A program made the position numbers and the translations under genes. Shown in pieces: positions 63,853 through 64,000 of a DNA stretch of 64,000 nt. Positions within the stretch are counted from its first letter, which is position 1, and each line of letters starts with the position of its first letter. Source of the DNA: Chrysomallon squamiferum (taxonomy: Eukaryota > Animalia > Mollusca); assembly GCA_012295275.1 (NCBI GenBank), contig CM022679.1, positions 17,670,001-17,734,000 of the forward strand. Reading direction: 5' to 3'. The notes beneath the pieces are model-generated. The model searched no databases and was not told the origin of the DNA. It worked only from the letters and a program-made list of their open reading frames with translations.

Positions 63853-64000
63853 CTGTAAATTTAAAAGATAATTGAAAAATAATTAAATTTTAAAGTAGAT
63901 AAAATCATAAATTTTATAGAGTTTATTCAAATCTACTTTAAATGTAAATAAATTTTCTGCTGAATATGAAGATGCAATCCAAATATATTCTATATTTGGA

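Overview
AT-rich, microsatellite-rich metazoan nuclear DNA with spliceosomal introns (invertebrate-like, possibly molluscan; the taxon cannot be fixed from sequence alone). I spliced the exons by hand and checked phase at every junction. Left to right the window holds: SNX29 (-, 3' part outside the window) head-to-head with RPL10 (+); a three-finger C2H2 gene (-); FBXL16 (-); POLR3H (-) head-to-head with JMJD8 (+); and PGAP1 (-, 5' part outside the window), whose 8.2-kb intron contains an antisense 386-aa ORF of unknown function. Several non-autonomous DNA transposons with terminal inverted repeats (TIRs) and target-site duplications (TSDs) are present, some nested. The most unusual signals are a U12-type intron in POLR3H that appears to end in CG instead of AG/AC, the nested orphan gene, a near-perfect 38-bp hairpin downstream of JMJD8, and FBXL16-JMJD8 linkage that mirrors human 16p13.3. 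Gene names rest on recalled similarity to known proteins, not on a database search.
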